Part shown: positions 42,801 through 51,879 of the stretch, piece after piece | Layout: each line of letters begins with the position of its first letter | Numbering within the stretch: the stretch's first letter is position 1 | Source: an uncultured delta proteobacterium | Lineage (GTDB): Bacteria > Myxococcota_A > Polyangia > Polyangiales > Polyangiaceae | Reading direction: 5' to 3' | Length of the DNA: 64,000 nucleotides | NCBI GenBank assembly: GCA_963696385.1 | Contig: CAVOKF010000007.1 | Coordinates: forward strand, 1,056,001 to 1,120,000 | Notes under the pieces: generated by a model | What the model was told of the DNA's origin: nothing | Database searches by the model: none | What the model saw: only the letters and a program-made list of their open reading frames with translations | Translations under genes and position numbers: made by a program

Positions 42801-44300
42801 CGACACCTCTCGCGAGGCGAAAGCCGGGCACGAGCGGCCTCCTTTTATCTCGAAGCGGCGGCCGCCGCGCGCGCCGCATACCAGATTCCGATCGCGATCC
42901 GGTACTACCTTCGATCGATGGCTCACCTCGATTCGGACGACAGCCGCGCGGTACTCTCCGAGGAGGCGCTCGAAAGCCTGTACCGAATGCTCGGACGCCG
43001 GCGGGAACGCGTCCGCCACTTGAATTCGCTTCGGCGGCTCGCGAGGCGGCACGCGACGCCGCGGGTCGTCTGTCTGGGCCTTCTGAGAACCGCTCGCTAC
43101 GAGTTCGACGAAGGGCGGCTGTCGCGCGGCCTCGTCGTGGCCCAGCAAGCCGCCAAGATTGCCCGTGACGCACGGCTGCACGTGATGCAGATGGAGGCGG
43201 AAGCGCGCGTGAGCGAGTTTCTGCGCGAGCTCGGCGATGTGCAAGGCGCATTGGCCGCGTGCGATCGCGCCCTCGCAACGTTCGACCCCAGCGCTCGAGA
43301 GTGCATACCGCCGCAGCAACAGGGCGAGGTGCTCCGTTTGCGTGGGATGCTTCTGCTCCGGGTCGGGCGCGTTCGTGAAGCGATCGACGCGTACGTCAGG
43401 GCGACGGCCATCTTCAGGAAATGCGGACGCCGAAGGCTCGAGGCTCGCGTCAAAGGGGCGTTGTCGCACGCCATGTTCGTCGAGGGACGTTATGAGGACG
43501 CCATCGCTCTATCGCTCGAGTCGATCCGGATTGACCTGTCGATCGGCGTACGCTTTCAGATTGCGCGGGCGCTCACGAACGTGGGGCACGCCTACTTTCG
43601 CCTTGGCGACGTCGATCGCGCGGTCGCCTATCTGAAGCGCGCCCGCGAGGTGCACGAGCGCTACGGCGATCAAAATGGTTGGGCCGAGACGCTGCTCGTG
43701 TGTGCGTCGGTGGCGATCGAGCTCGGGCAACTCGACGAGGCCGAAGGGGCCCTTCGCGATGCGGGCGCTCTGACTGCCGTCACCGGGAATGCCTACGACA
43801 GCACGCATGAAAGCGTCGTCCGGGCGCTTCTGGCGCGTGCGCGACACGAGCCCCACGAAGCGGTCGTCCATGCGATGCACGCGCGACAGGCCGCCGAGAC
43901 CGTGACACTCGTTGCGTTTCACTTCTACGCCATGGCCATCGAGGCCGCGGCTCGAGCCGACCTGGGCGAGGTGCATGCCGCGACGCTCGTCGCGACGACC
44001 GCGCTCGGAGCGGTCGAAAATCTGCAGGGCTGCGAGTACGGCCTCGAAATTCGCATGTTTTGCGCCGAGGCGCTCGAGCGCACCGGCTACCCGCAAGCCA
44101 GCGAGGCGCGCAGGCGCGCGGTCGACTTCGCAGGCGCCCTGGCCCATTCCGTCCGGGATTCGCGTCTTCGAAGCCTGTTCCGTCGGCGTCCCGTGAACGC
44201 AGCCGTCCTCGAACGCAAGCCCCCGTCGCGGCCCGCGGCAGATGTCGCCGGGACCGCGTCGCACGCGGTGCCGCAATCGGAAGCCGTCGAGATCGTATGA
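39828..44300 (+). CDS. Ser/Thr kinase - degenerate class III cyclase - STAND/AAA ATPase - TPR protein
   Basis: Kinase motifs GAGGMA, HRDVSPQN, DFG. Cyclase-like REVRHVAVL. ATPase motifs LVGRDAE, GEMGIGKT, VEGMHWAD, GGNPFF, FRHPL. TPRs follow. Confidence 0.9.
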   Translation: MSKTPPVAAPQEIAQFDVVRRLGAGGMAEVFLAKKLGAEGTHKVLVLKRILPAHGSSRRFRAMFIEEARLAARLNHPNVVQVYEFQDFGDQGLLLAMEYVEGCDLGQLMASAKSKDAPIDPWVGAWIIAEAAKGLHYAHEKKDEAGQPLDIVHRDVSPQNILLSFEGTVKIADFGIASARLFAEEQGVLKGKFGYMSPEQARGETVDRRGDVYSLGVILWEILVGRPLHGGLGGEALIDIVRSGIVEPPSTYANEIPSELQTIVSKALAGHRDARYRTAREMAAAIGTAIVRQGELIDAAQLEATLTRIVGRAPAGEAPDALGERPDDARTQAAVPLARSFAEAHPGSRRELGAPVEASFGASGRRLPSSGARREVRHVAVLSLRLHGLDAAGMPRRMLDQLRSMLDNLAFKRGMRWGWVSGMDGAIGRATMAASAISGVSSNPSRAASDAAQLALDVHETISGFIEDRPNSVAAAIGIVRGVASGARDAQGHLVQYVLLEPAARLAEVLSEAAAPGRTWVAGGVYRLIRRDFRWGDVPSLDLDDARPALSTDLEVPHTMRVYALERSLSREERLELQGGATDLVGRDAEKADLHAAFHDAVLSRGGGGQLVCRAVIGEMGIGKTALVATFLGELPPISRLLHVECTPVTMEVPYAVIAELVRQAIGTSGEEPFDQVAALIAKVGGAASGEESVSSPMVARLAELATNRQMAAGAEEDAHARKKQILDGTRSLLAAIAFAGPLVVLVEGMHWADKASLDLLVDVAHTGEPLPIFLLLVTRPEERVAHVTQELMRVELRSLTSDEQVRLVETRLGVRDGARQVCADLLPKVGGNPFFLLEMVDALLERGALEIREGTGPGGERVAHLARTERDDAGFAALPSTLEQLLGDRIRELPGPEHVVVDWLAIAGGPLPVADVVKLTSQEDDRAIVRLCARGVCDRKGELVDFRHPLTREVAYAALDRDDRVRMHRTLGEHLAGTSLARGLSAAIVARHLSRGESRARAASFYLEAAAAARAAYQIPIAIRYYLRSMAHLDSDDSRAVLSEEALESLYRMLGRRRERVRHLNSLRRLARRHATPRVVCLGLLRTARYEFDEGRLSRGLVVAQQAAKIARDARLHVMQMEAEARVSEFLRELGDVQGALAACDRALATFDPSARECIPPQQQGEVLRLRGMLLLRVGRVREAIDAYVRATAIFRKCGRRRLEARVKGALSHAMFVEGRYEDAIALSLESIRIDLSIGVRFQIARALTNVGHAYFRLGDVDRAVAYLKRAREVHERYGDQNGWAETLLVCASVAIELGQLDEAEGALRDAGALTAVTGNAYDSTHESVVRALLARARHEPHEAVVHAMHARQAAETVTLVAFHFYAMAIEAAARADLGEVHAATLVATTALGAVENLQGCEYGLEIRMFCAEALERTGYPQASEARRRAVDFAGALAHSVRDSRLRSLFRRRPVNAAVLERKPPSRPAADVAGTASHAVPQSEAVEIV

Positions 44301-45583
44301 CGAACCCGTCACCGACACGCACCAGCCCTCGGCGGATCGCCATGATCCTCTCGGGAGGCGGAGCGCGAGGCGCGTACGAGGTCGGTGTGCTCTGGTACAT
44401 CTTCGACGACCTGACGCGGATGCTCTCGCGCCCACCGCGCATCGACATCCTTTGCGGCACGAGCGTCGGGGCCATCAACGCGTGCTACCTCGCCGCACAC
44501 TTGGGCGATCCGGTCCTCGGTCTGCGGCGACTCGTGGACCTGTGGACGGAGCTGGAGCTCGCCCGCGTCCTCGGGTTTGGCCTGCGCCAGGTCATCACGC
44601 TGCCGCGCGTGCTGTTGGGCGGCGGAAGCGGGTACGGATTGTTCGACGTACGCCCGATGGCCGATCTCGTTCAGCGTGAGATCAGCTGGCGCGCGGTCGC
44701 CCGATGCCTACGCGGGCGGACACTCCGCGCTCTCACGGTGTCGTGCACCGAAGTGTCGGCGGGACGCACGGTCGTATTCATGCAGGTCTCGCCGGACCTT
44801 CAGGTTCCGAGCAACGCTCCTCCGAGGACGCTCTTCCGTGCGGCCCGTGTCGGCCCCCCCCACGCGCTGGCCAGCGCGGCGATCCCGATGCTGTTTCCAC
44901 CCGTTCGGATCGACGACGAGCTGTATCTCGACGGGGGGCTGCGCCAAAATACGCCCATTGCCCCGGCTCTTCGCCTCGGCGCAACGCATATCTTCGCGAT
45001 CGGCAGCTCGCGCGAGGTCAAAGGGCGCGTCGTACGGGAGGCCCACCCGGAGGTAGGACGTGCCCCGGGTGCTGCCTTCTTGTTGGGAAAGGTGCTGAAC
45101 GCGTTCCTGCTCGATCATGTCGACGTGGACATTGAACTGTTGACCCGAATCAATAGTGTCCTGGTCGACGGATCGCGTGCTTACGGCCCGGGATTCACCG
45201 AGGCGCTGAGCGCCGAGGCGCGCCATCGGGGCGCCACCGACTACCGCTACGTGAATTGCATGCGCGTACGCCCGAGCGAAGATATTGGACGACTCGCCAA
45301 CGATCACCTCAAGCGCGGTCGTCTCCGGGGCGATCCGATCTTGACGCGCCGCCTGTTCGGCTTGCTCGACCTGGGCGTCGAGAACGAAGCCGATCTGGCG
45401 AGCTACTTGCTGTTCGACGGGCCGTTTTGCCGCAGGCTCATCGAGATGGGGCGCGCCGACGCGCAGGCTCGCCGCGATGACTTGCTCGATTTTTTTCGCG
45501 AGGCTGCGACGGAAAGGGATGCGCCGGAGCAAGCCGAGGACGTGGGCTCGTCCGACGGCGAATCGCTTCCGCCGATGGACTGA
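44297..45583 (+). CDS. Patatin-like phospholipase
   Basis: GGGARG, GTSVG, ASAAIP, DGG; ATG overlaps the upstream TGA. Confidence 0.9.
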   Translation: MTNPSPTRTSPRRIAMILSGGGARGAYEVGVLWYIFDDLTRMLSRPPRIDILCGTSVGAINACYLAAHLGDPVLGLRRLVDLWTELELARVLGFGLRQVITLPRVLLGGGSGYGLFDVRPMADLVQREISWRAVARCLRGRTLRALTVSCTEVSAGRTVVFMQVSPDLQVPSNAPPRTLFRAARVGPPHALASAAIPMLFPPVRIDDELYLDGGLRQNTPIAPALRLGATHIFAIGSSREVKGRVVREAHPEVGRAPGAAFLLGKVLNAFLLDHVDVDIELLTRINSVLVDGSRAYGPGFTEALSAEARHRGATDYRYVNCMRVRPSEDIGRLANDHLKRGRLRGDPILTRRLFGLLDLGVENEADLASYLLFDGPFCRRLIEMGRADAQARRDDLLDFFREAATERDAPEQAEDVGSSDGESLPPMD

Positions 45584-45756
45584 GTACTTCGTTTCCAGGT
45601 TCGGGTTTCGCCGAACGCTACGCCACGTCGTACGAGAAGGTCTTGCGGAGGGCCCTGCCCCGAACCCCCGAAACGCTGCCGCGGTTTTTGCGGGTCTCGC
45701 GGCCGCCACCTTCCCAACCCCGCAACGATCCTACGGCGCGAGCCGAACGAACCGCA

Positions 45757-46995
45757 TCAAGCGAGTGCTGGAACGGCTGGAAAAGCGGGACCCGGCCTCG
45801 CAAAGAGGTAGCCCTGCATCAAGTCGCAGCCTGCCTCGACGATGGCGCCACGTTCTTCGCACGTCTCGATGCCCTCGGCGACCACCTTCATTCCGAGCTC
45901 GTGGCACATCGTGATCATCGTGCGAACCAGCGTCTGCTTGGTCGGCTGCCGGTGGATCCCGCGGACGAGCGACATGTCGAGCTTGACCACCTCCGGCTCG
46001 AGTTGAGCGAAGCTCGTGAGTCCGGCGTACCCCGCGCCCAGATCGTCGACCGCGATGCGGAACCCCATCTCGCGCAGCCTCGAGATGCGCGATTGCACGT
46101 CGCCGATGTGATGCAGGCTGGCCCGCTCGGTGATCTCCAGCACCACCCGGTCGGCGATCCGCGCGAGCGGTCGATCGCGATCGAACAATTCCTCGTCGAG
46201 TAGGTCGTGGGTGTGCAAGTTGACGAACAAGAGGGCCCCGTCGGGCATCTTCGCCGGGGGCTGCGAAGCGGCCGACCGGATGGCCCGACCGAGCTCGTGG
46301 AGGCGATTCAGCCGTTCGGCGGCATCCAGAATGGCTCCTGGGTGCGGCAGCGCAAGCTCGCGGGAGCGGAGCAACGCCTCGTAGCCGAACACGTGTCGCC
46401 CCGACCACGAGACGATCGGCTGATAGGCAATCCAGAGTGTATCGATCGCCCGACCGAAGCTCGCCACGAGTCCGGCGCGATCGCCGACCAGCCGATCGAC
46501 CCCACCGGCGAGATCGAGCGCGCTGCGCTTGGCCTTTGCGATGTGGTGAAGGCGGACCGCGTCGTCGACCACCGACCGCAGGCTGCCGCCGTCGATGGGC
46601 TTGGTGAGGTACCGGAGCGCGCCGTGCTGGACCGCCGCCACGGCCGTCTCGAGCGATGGGCTTCCCGTGATCAGGATCACGGGGATGTCCAAGTCGTGGG
46701 CGCGTATGCGCTCGAGCAACGCGACCCCTCCCAGGCGCGGCATGTCGATGTCGCTCAGGACGACATCGAACGAGCACGACTTGACCGCGCTGACGGCGGC
46801 CTCTCCGTCGAGGCGAATGTCGACGTCGTAGCCATACGCCGAAAGCATTCGCGCGTACAATCGCGCAAGGATGGCGTCATCGTCGACCAGGAGAACGCGC
46901 GACCGAACGGCCAATCGGACCCCCGAGGGGTGCCCATCGGGCGTCTGCGCTGCGTCTTCGTGCGTCTTCGCCTTCCACGACTCCGCGCCGCTCAT
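45757..46995 (-). CDS. REC-EAL response regulator (c-di-GMP phosphodiesterase)
   Basis: VDDD, DIDMP, KP in REC; YQPI, EAL, DDLGAG, EGIE, QGY in EAL. Confidence 0.9.
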   Translation of the reverse strand: MSGAESWKAKTHEDAAQTPDGHPSGVRLAVRSRVLLVDDDAILARLYARMLSAYGYDVDIRLDGEAAVSAVKSCSFDVVLSDIDMPRLGGVALLERIRAHDLDIPVILITGSPSLETAVAAVQHGALRYLTKPIDGGSLRSVVDDAVRLHHIAKAKRSALDLAGGVDRLVGDRAGLVASFGRAIDTLWIAYQPIVSWSGRHVFGYEALLRSRELALPHPGAILDAAERLNRLHELGRAIRSAASQPPAKMPDGALLFVNLHTHDLLDEELFDRDRPLARIADRVVLEITERASLHHIGDVQSRISRLREMGFRIAVDDLGAGYAGLTSFAQLEPEVVKLDMSLVRGIHRQPTKQTLVRTMITMCHELGMKVVAEGIETCEERGAIVEAGCDLMQGYLFARPGPAFPAVPALA

Positions 46996-47123
46996 CCATG
47001 CCCCTTCCACATGCAACCAACGGCTCGGCGGCTCGCTCGGCTAAGGGCACGGTGCGGGAATGACCACGTCCGTGTGTGTGCCTTCAATCCCCTTGCAGCG
47101 CGGCCGCGAGGCGAAACGGTGCA

Positions 47124-47726
47124 TCAGAACTCGTCGATCGAGCCGGCGCCCTTTCGAACGATCTCGGGCGGCGACTTCGTGAGATCGATGACTGTCGTAG
47201 GCACGAGCCCACCGGCGCCCGCATCCAGGATCAACGAGAGCCCGGGGAATGCCGTGGCGATTTCGTGCGGGTCGACGAGCGGTTCCTCGCCCGGCCGAGC
47301 CGCGGTCGACGAAATGATGGGACGGCCCAGCTCGCGCACGAGTGCACGCGTGGCCTCGCACGCCGGAACACGGATTCCCACGGTCTTGCGCTTCATTTGA
47401 ACGAGCTTCGGGACCTCCCGCGTCGCCTCGAGAATGAACGTGTAGGGCCCCGGGAGGAAGCGCCTGAGGACGCGGTACACTTGGTTGTCCACGATGGCGT
47501 AGCGGGCGATATGGGCGAGATCCGGACACACGAATGCGAGCGGGTGCGAATGGTCCATTCGCTTGATTTCGTAAATCCGATCGACGGCGCGCTTGTTGAT
47601 AAGATCGCACCCGATCCCGTAGACGGTATCTGTCGGATACGCGATCACCCCTCCCTCCTCGAGGACCGCGACGGCGCGACGGATCTTTCGCGGTTCGGGA
47701 TGGTTCGGGTCGACGGCCAGCAGCAT
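47124..47726 (-). CDS. Sua5/YrdC/YciO-family protein
   Basis: YPTDTVYG, K.R, PGPYT, GIRVP. Confidence 0.9.
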   Translation of the reverse strand: MLLAVDPNHPEPRKIRRAVAVLEEGGVIAYPTDTVYGIGCDLINKRAVDRIYEIKRMDHSHPLAFVCPDLAHIARYAIVDNQVYRVLRRFLPGPYTFILEATREVPKLVQMKRKTVGIRVPACEATRALVRELGRPIISSTAARPGEEPLVDPHEIATAFPGLSLILDAGAGGLVPTTVIDLTKSPPEIVRKGAGSIDEF

Positions 47727-47811
47727 CGCGCGGGCGTCCGCCCCTAGCCCGAACGTCCGCGCGCGTCACGCGCGATCGGGTTCCGCCCGACTGCTAGGCT
47801 CCGCTGCACCC

Positions 47812-48762
47812 ATGACGCCCTACGAGCTGGGCCTCCCGCCATGGATGCTTGGCGCCTGGGCGTTCGTGTGGGGCTGTCTATGGGGCAGCTTCGTCAATGT
47901 GGTCGTCTATCGCGTTCCGCGGGGCATGAGCGTCGTGCGGCCGGCATCGCATTGTCCGGCGTGCGGAGAGCCCGTGCGCGCGTGGGACAACCTACCGATC
48001 GTCTCTTGGCTGCTGCTGCGGGGCCGCGCACGCTGCTGCGGCGCGCGCATCTCGACTCGTTACGCCGTCATCGAACTGCTGGGCGGAATCGTATCGCTCG
48101 CAATCGCACAGCTCGTCTTGCGCTCGGCACCCGACGGTGTACCGCTCTTCCACCTAGGAGCGGTCTTTCTCGCAGACTTCGCGCTGGCGATGGCGCTGAT
48201 CGCCGCGGCGTTCATCGATGCCGAGCACATGTACCTGCCCGATGCGATCACGATCGTGGGCACGCTCTTCGGTCTGTCGACCCCCGGGTTGCGCGAGATG
48301 ACGTACCGCGCTGCGCTCGGCGGAGCGGCCATCGGATTCGTCGGCGTGTGGCTGCCGTTCGTCGTCGCATACAAACTCGTTCGAAAGCGTAGCGGCATGG
48401 GCCTCGGCGACGCCAAACTCGTCATGTTGACTGGGGCTTGGTTTGGTTGGCAGGGCGCTGTGTTCGCGCTGTTCGGGGGGGCGCTGCAAGCGAGCGTTGC
48501 CGCGATTGCACTCTTGTTGATTCGTGGCCGGATCGACGAGCCGGCAGCCGTGCGAGCCGATCGCGAGTTGTTGCAGAGAGCCGCGGCCTCGGGGGACGAA
48601 GACGCACGAGCGGCGCTCGAGCAAGACCCACTCGCTCACGCGCCCGAAGACGGGATCCTGGCGGCGAGAATCCCCTTCGGCCCGTTTCTGTGCCTCGCAG
48701 CGATCGAGTGGATGCTGTTCGGCGCGCGAATCCGCGAGATGCTGCACGGGCTCGACGGCTGA
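47812..48762 (+). CDS. pilD: Prepilin peptidase
   Basis: GSFVNVVVYRVP, SHCPAC, GMGLGDAKL, PFGPFL. Confidence 0.9.
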   Translation: MTPYELGLPPWMLGAWAFVWGCLWGSFVNVVVYRVPRGMSVVRPASHCPACGEPVRAWDNLPIVSWLLLRGRARCCGARISTRYAVIELLGGIVSLAIAQLVLRSAPDGVPLFHLGAVFLADFALAMALIAAAFIDAEHMYLPDAITIVGTLFGLSTPGLREMTYRAALGGAAIGFVGVWLPFVVAYKLVRKRSGMGLGDAKLVMLTGAWFGWQGAVFALFGGALQASVAAIALLLIRGRIDEPAAVRADRELLQRAAASGDEDARAALEQDPLAHAPEDGILAARIPFGPFLCLAAIEWMLFGARIREMLHGLDG

Positions 48763-48779
48763 CGGGCCGTCGGTCGCGA

Positions 48780-50069
48780 TCAGGCGCGCTTGTCCAAGGA
48801 CACGTAATCGCGCACCTGCGAGCCGGTGTAAATCTGGCGAGGGCGCGCGATTTTCGTGTTCGAGTCTTCCACCATTTCCTTCCAGTGAGCGATCCATCCT
48901 GGAAGTCGGCCCAGCGCGAACAGGACCGTGAACATATTGGTCGGAAAGCCCATCGCTCGATAAATGATGCCCGAATAAAAATCGACATTCGGGTAGAGCT
49001 TCCGCTCGATGAAGTAGCTGTCCCTGAGAGCCGTCTCTTCGAGAGTCTTCGCGATATCGAGCAGCGGGTCGGGCTTGCCCAGCTTGGCGAGGACCTTGTC
49101 GGCGGCGGCCTTGATGATCTTGGCTCGCGGATCGAAGTTCTTGTACACGCGGTGGCCGAAGCCCATGAGCTTGAAGCCACTGTGCTTGTCCTTCGCGAGC
49201 GCGACGTACTTCTTCACGTCGCCGCCGTCGTCCTGGATGGCGGTGAGCATCTCGAGGACTTCTTGATTCGCCCCCCCGTGCAGCGGACCCCAGAGCGCGC
49301 AAATCCCCGCGCTGATCGACGCGAAAAGATTGGCCTTGCTCGAGCCGACCACTCGGACCGTGCTCGTCGAACAGTTCTGCTCGTGATCCGCGTGCAGGAT
49401 CAACAGCAGATTCATGACTTTGACGAGCTCCGGGTCGACCTGGTACTCCTCGGCGGGAACCGAAAACATCATGTGCAAGAAGTTCGCGCAATACGACAGC
49501 GTGTTCTTCGGGTAGACGAACGGCTGCCCGATCGACTTCTTGTACGCAAACGCTGCGATCGTTCGGACCTTCGAAGCGAGCCGCGCGATCGTGATGTCGC
49601 GGTGCTCGACGTTGTCGGCGTCGAGCGAATCGGGGTAGTAGCTCGACAAGGCCGCCACCATGGCGCTGAGGATGGCCATCGGATGAGCGCTCGGCGAGAA
49701 GCCCTCGAAGAAGTGCTTCATGTCCTCGTGAATCAGCGAGTGTCGCGTGAGCTTCTCGCTCCAATCCATCAGCTGTGGCTCGTTGGGCAAGACCCCGTAG
49801 ATGAGCAGATAGGCCGTTTCGACGAAGGTCGACTTCTCGGCCAGCTGCTCGATGGGAATCCCGCGGTATCGCAGAATTCCATTGTCGCCGTCGATAAACG
49901 TGATGGCGCTCTTGGTCGACGCGGTGTTCATGAACGCGGGGTCGATGGTCACGAAGCCCGTCTTCGCTCGAAGTTGCCCGATGTCGATGGCCCGCTCTCC
50001 CTCCGTGCCGACGACGACCGGAGCCTCGAACTCGTTGCCCCCCAGCGTGATGATGGCCTTATCCGTCAC
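48780..50069 (-). CDS. gltA: Citrate synthase (type II)
   Basis: LHADHEQNCSTS, GPLHGGAN, GFGHRVY, YPNVDFYSG. SD GGAGGAG precedes GTG 50069. Confidence 0.95.
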   Translation of the reverse strand: MTDKAIITLGGNEFEAPVVVGTEGERAIDIGQLRAKTGFVTIDPAFMNTASTKSAITFIDGDNGILRYRGIPIEQLAEKSTFVETAYLLIYGVLPNEPQLMDWSEKLTRHSLIHEDMKHFFEGFSPSAHPMAILSAMVAALSSYYPDSLDADNVEHRDITIARLASKVRTIAAFAYKKSIGQPFVYPKNTLSYCANFLHMMFSVPAEEYQVDPELVKVMNLLLILHADHEQNCSTSTVRVVGSSKANLFASISAGICALWGPLHGGANQEVLEMLTAIQDDGGDVKKYVALAKDKHSGFKLMGFGHRVYKNFDPRAKIIKAAADKVLAKLGKPDPLLDIAKTLEETALRDSYFIERKLYPNVDFYSGIIYRAMGFPTNMFTVLFALGRLPGWIAHWKEMVEDSNTKIARPRQIYTGSQVRDYVSLDKRA

Positions 50070-50100
50070 GGGATCTCCTCCGCTGCGGAATCGCCCGTGC

Positions 50101-50137
50101 ACTATAGGTCAAAACCAAACTTTGCGCAGTGCGCAAA
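50101..50137 (-). promoter_or_regulatory. Putative -10 box (TATAGT) and palindromic operator upstream of citrate synthase
   Basis: TATAGT on the minus strand at 50101-50106; perfect inverted repeat TTTGCGCA-G-TGCGCAAA at 50121-50137. Confidence 0.5.
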
Positions 50138-50243
50138 TGCGGGTGCCGGTTCAGAATCGGTGCGCCGCCGCCCTGCGCCCGCCGGACCGGATCGGCTTCG
50201 GCGGACGATCCACCGCTCCCTGCGCGCGGCGTTGAACTCGCTC

Positions 50244-50981
50244 TCAGGGGGTTCGCCACCTGAGGCGGCGCTCGTCGGCTTGGTCCAGCGCAAGCCGGCG
50301 CTGTTCCTGGACGAGCGCCCCGTACGTCCTCGGGATCCGCGCGTCGACGGCAAGCGCGAACATCACCCGGAGCGCAGCTTCCGCATCGTCGCTCGCGCGG
50401 TGAGCGTTCTCCAGCGTGATGCCGAGTCGCGACGCCACCTCCCCGAGAGCGCGTGATTTTTCTTCGGACTGCAACTCGCGGGCCCAGACGAGAGGATCGA
50501 TCCAGTCCACGCCCTTTTGCAGAGCGGGCGGCAGCGGCCCCGTCATCACGGCCGCGCGCGCGATCTCGTTGCCGAGAAAAACGCGGTCGAATGCCGCGTT
50601 GTAAGCGGCCGGGACGCATCCCGCGAGCGCCGCCGCAATCTCTCGGGCCACGACCTCGAAGGGGGGGGCGTCCTTGACATGGTCGTCGGTAATCTTGTGG
50701 ACGTCGCTGGCCTCCTTGGGGATCGGGCGTCGCGGGTTGACGAGCCAATTCTTGCGCTCGACCACCTCCCCACCCCGCGCGATGGCGAGGCCGACCTCGA
50801 CGACCCGATCCACGGAGGCGTCGCGGCCCGTGGTTTCGAGGTCGATCAAGGCGATCGGCAATTCCATCCACGGCGCGTCTGGCGAGATGTCCTCGATCAG
50901 GCCTCGAACGACCGCGCGAAGCAGGTGGGCGATCCCGGCATAGTGCCGCCCGGTCGGGAAGCATCCGCACGCGTCCAGCAC
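50244..50981 (-). CDS. DnaQ-like DEDDh 3'-5' exonuclease
   Basis: IDLETTG, AYNAAFD, HRASDDA. Start inferred. Confidence 0.85.
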   Translation of the reverse strand: MLDACGCFPTGRHYAGIAHLLRAVVRGLIEDISPDAPWMELPIALIDLETTGRDASVDRVVEVGLAIARGGEVVERKNWLVNPRRPIPKEASDVHKITDDHVKDAPPFEVVAREIAAALAGCVPAAYNAAFDRVFLGNEIARAAVMTGPLPPALQKGVDWIDPLVWARELQSEEKSRALGEVASRLGITLENAHRASDDAEAALRVMFALAVDARIPRTYGALVQEQRRLALDQADERRLRWRTP

Positions 50982-50997
50982 GACACCCCGCACAGCG

Positions 50998-51879
50998 TCA
51001 CCTCGCACGAGGGTGGGCGACACCGATCTCGGCATCGACCCACTCGGCGATGTCGAGCTTGTTGTCGAATTCGCGCCCGTTGATGAAAATCGTCGGAGTC
51101 GCTTTGACGCCCAAGTCGTCGGCGAGCTTGCGGTCTTCTTCGATTCGCGCCGTGGTCGCCGGCGCGTGCAGGTCGGCGGCGAATCGTTCGAGATCGAGCG
51201 AGAGAGCCTTCGCATAGTCCATGAGATCGCTCTCTTCGAGTCGGCCGGCGCTGGCGAAGAGCCGGTGATGCATCTCCCAGAATTTACCTTGCGCTTGAGC
51301 CGCAATACCGGCGCGCGCGGCGATTTCGCCGTGCGGATGCACCGCCAGAGGCATGAACTTGTACACGAAGCGAACGCTGTCCTTTCGGCCGTCGCAGAAC
51401 TCGTCGAGCTTGGGTGCGATCTGCTGGCAGAAGGGGCACTCGAAATCGGCAAACTCGACGATCGTGACCGGGGCGTTGTCCGGCCCACGCGACGGCGATC
51501 CCTGCGTCGGAATGACTCTCGCCGTCGCCGAGTCGAAGCGATTCTTGTACAGATCCTGGACCTGCTGCGGCGACATGCCTTCGCGCACAGCCTTGGCAAT
51601 GGCCTTCGCCACGAGCAGGCACCGTGCGCAGTCGCGCTTCTCGAGGACACAGTCCGCAATGGGCGCGTCAACCGCGGGGCATGGCGCTCGGAACTGCTGA
51701 ACGTACCGCGAAAACTCGTGCCTCTCCCGAGGGGTAAAGTCGTGAGTATCGATCCCCGGCAGGTCCAAAGTTCCTGCCGCGTGACGGGCGTCGTCCGCCC
51801 CGCCTTGGCAGGCCGATCCACCGGCAAGGCACACGGCCAAAAGAATGCGGGCGAGCAGCGGGACCTTCACCCTTGTCAC
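50998..51879 (-). CDS. DsbA-family thioredoxin-fold lipoprotein (CPFC)
   Basis: EFADFECPFC, PLAVH, GVKATPT; GTG overlaps the upstream stop. Confidence 0.85.
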   Translation of the reverse strand: MTRVKVPLLARILLAVCLAGGSACQGGADDARHAAGTLDLPGIDTHDFTPRERHEFSRYVQQFRAPCPAVDAPIADCVLEKRDCARCLLVAKAIAKAVREGMSPQQVQDLYKNRFDSATARVIPTQGSPSRGPDNAPVTIVEFADFECPFCQQIAPKLDEFCDGRKDSVRFVYKFMPLAVHPHGEIAARAGIAAQAQGKFWEMHHRLFASAGRLEESDLMDYAKALSLDLERFAADLHAPATTARIEEDRKLADDLGVKATPTIFINGREFDNKLDIAEWVDAEIGVAHPRAR

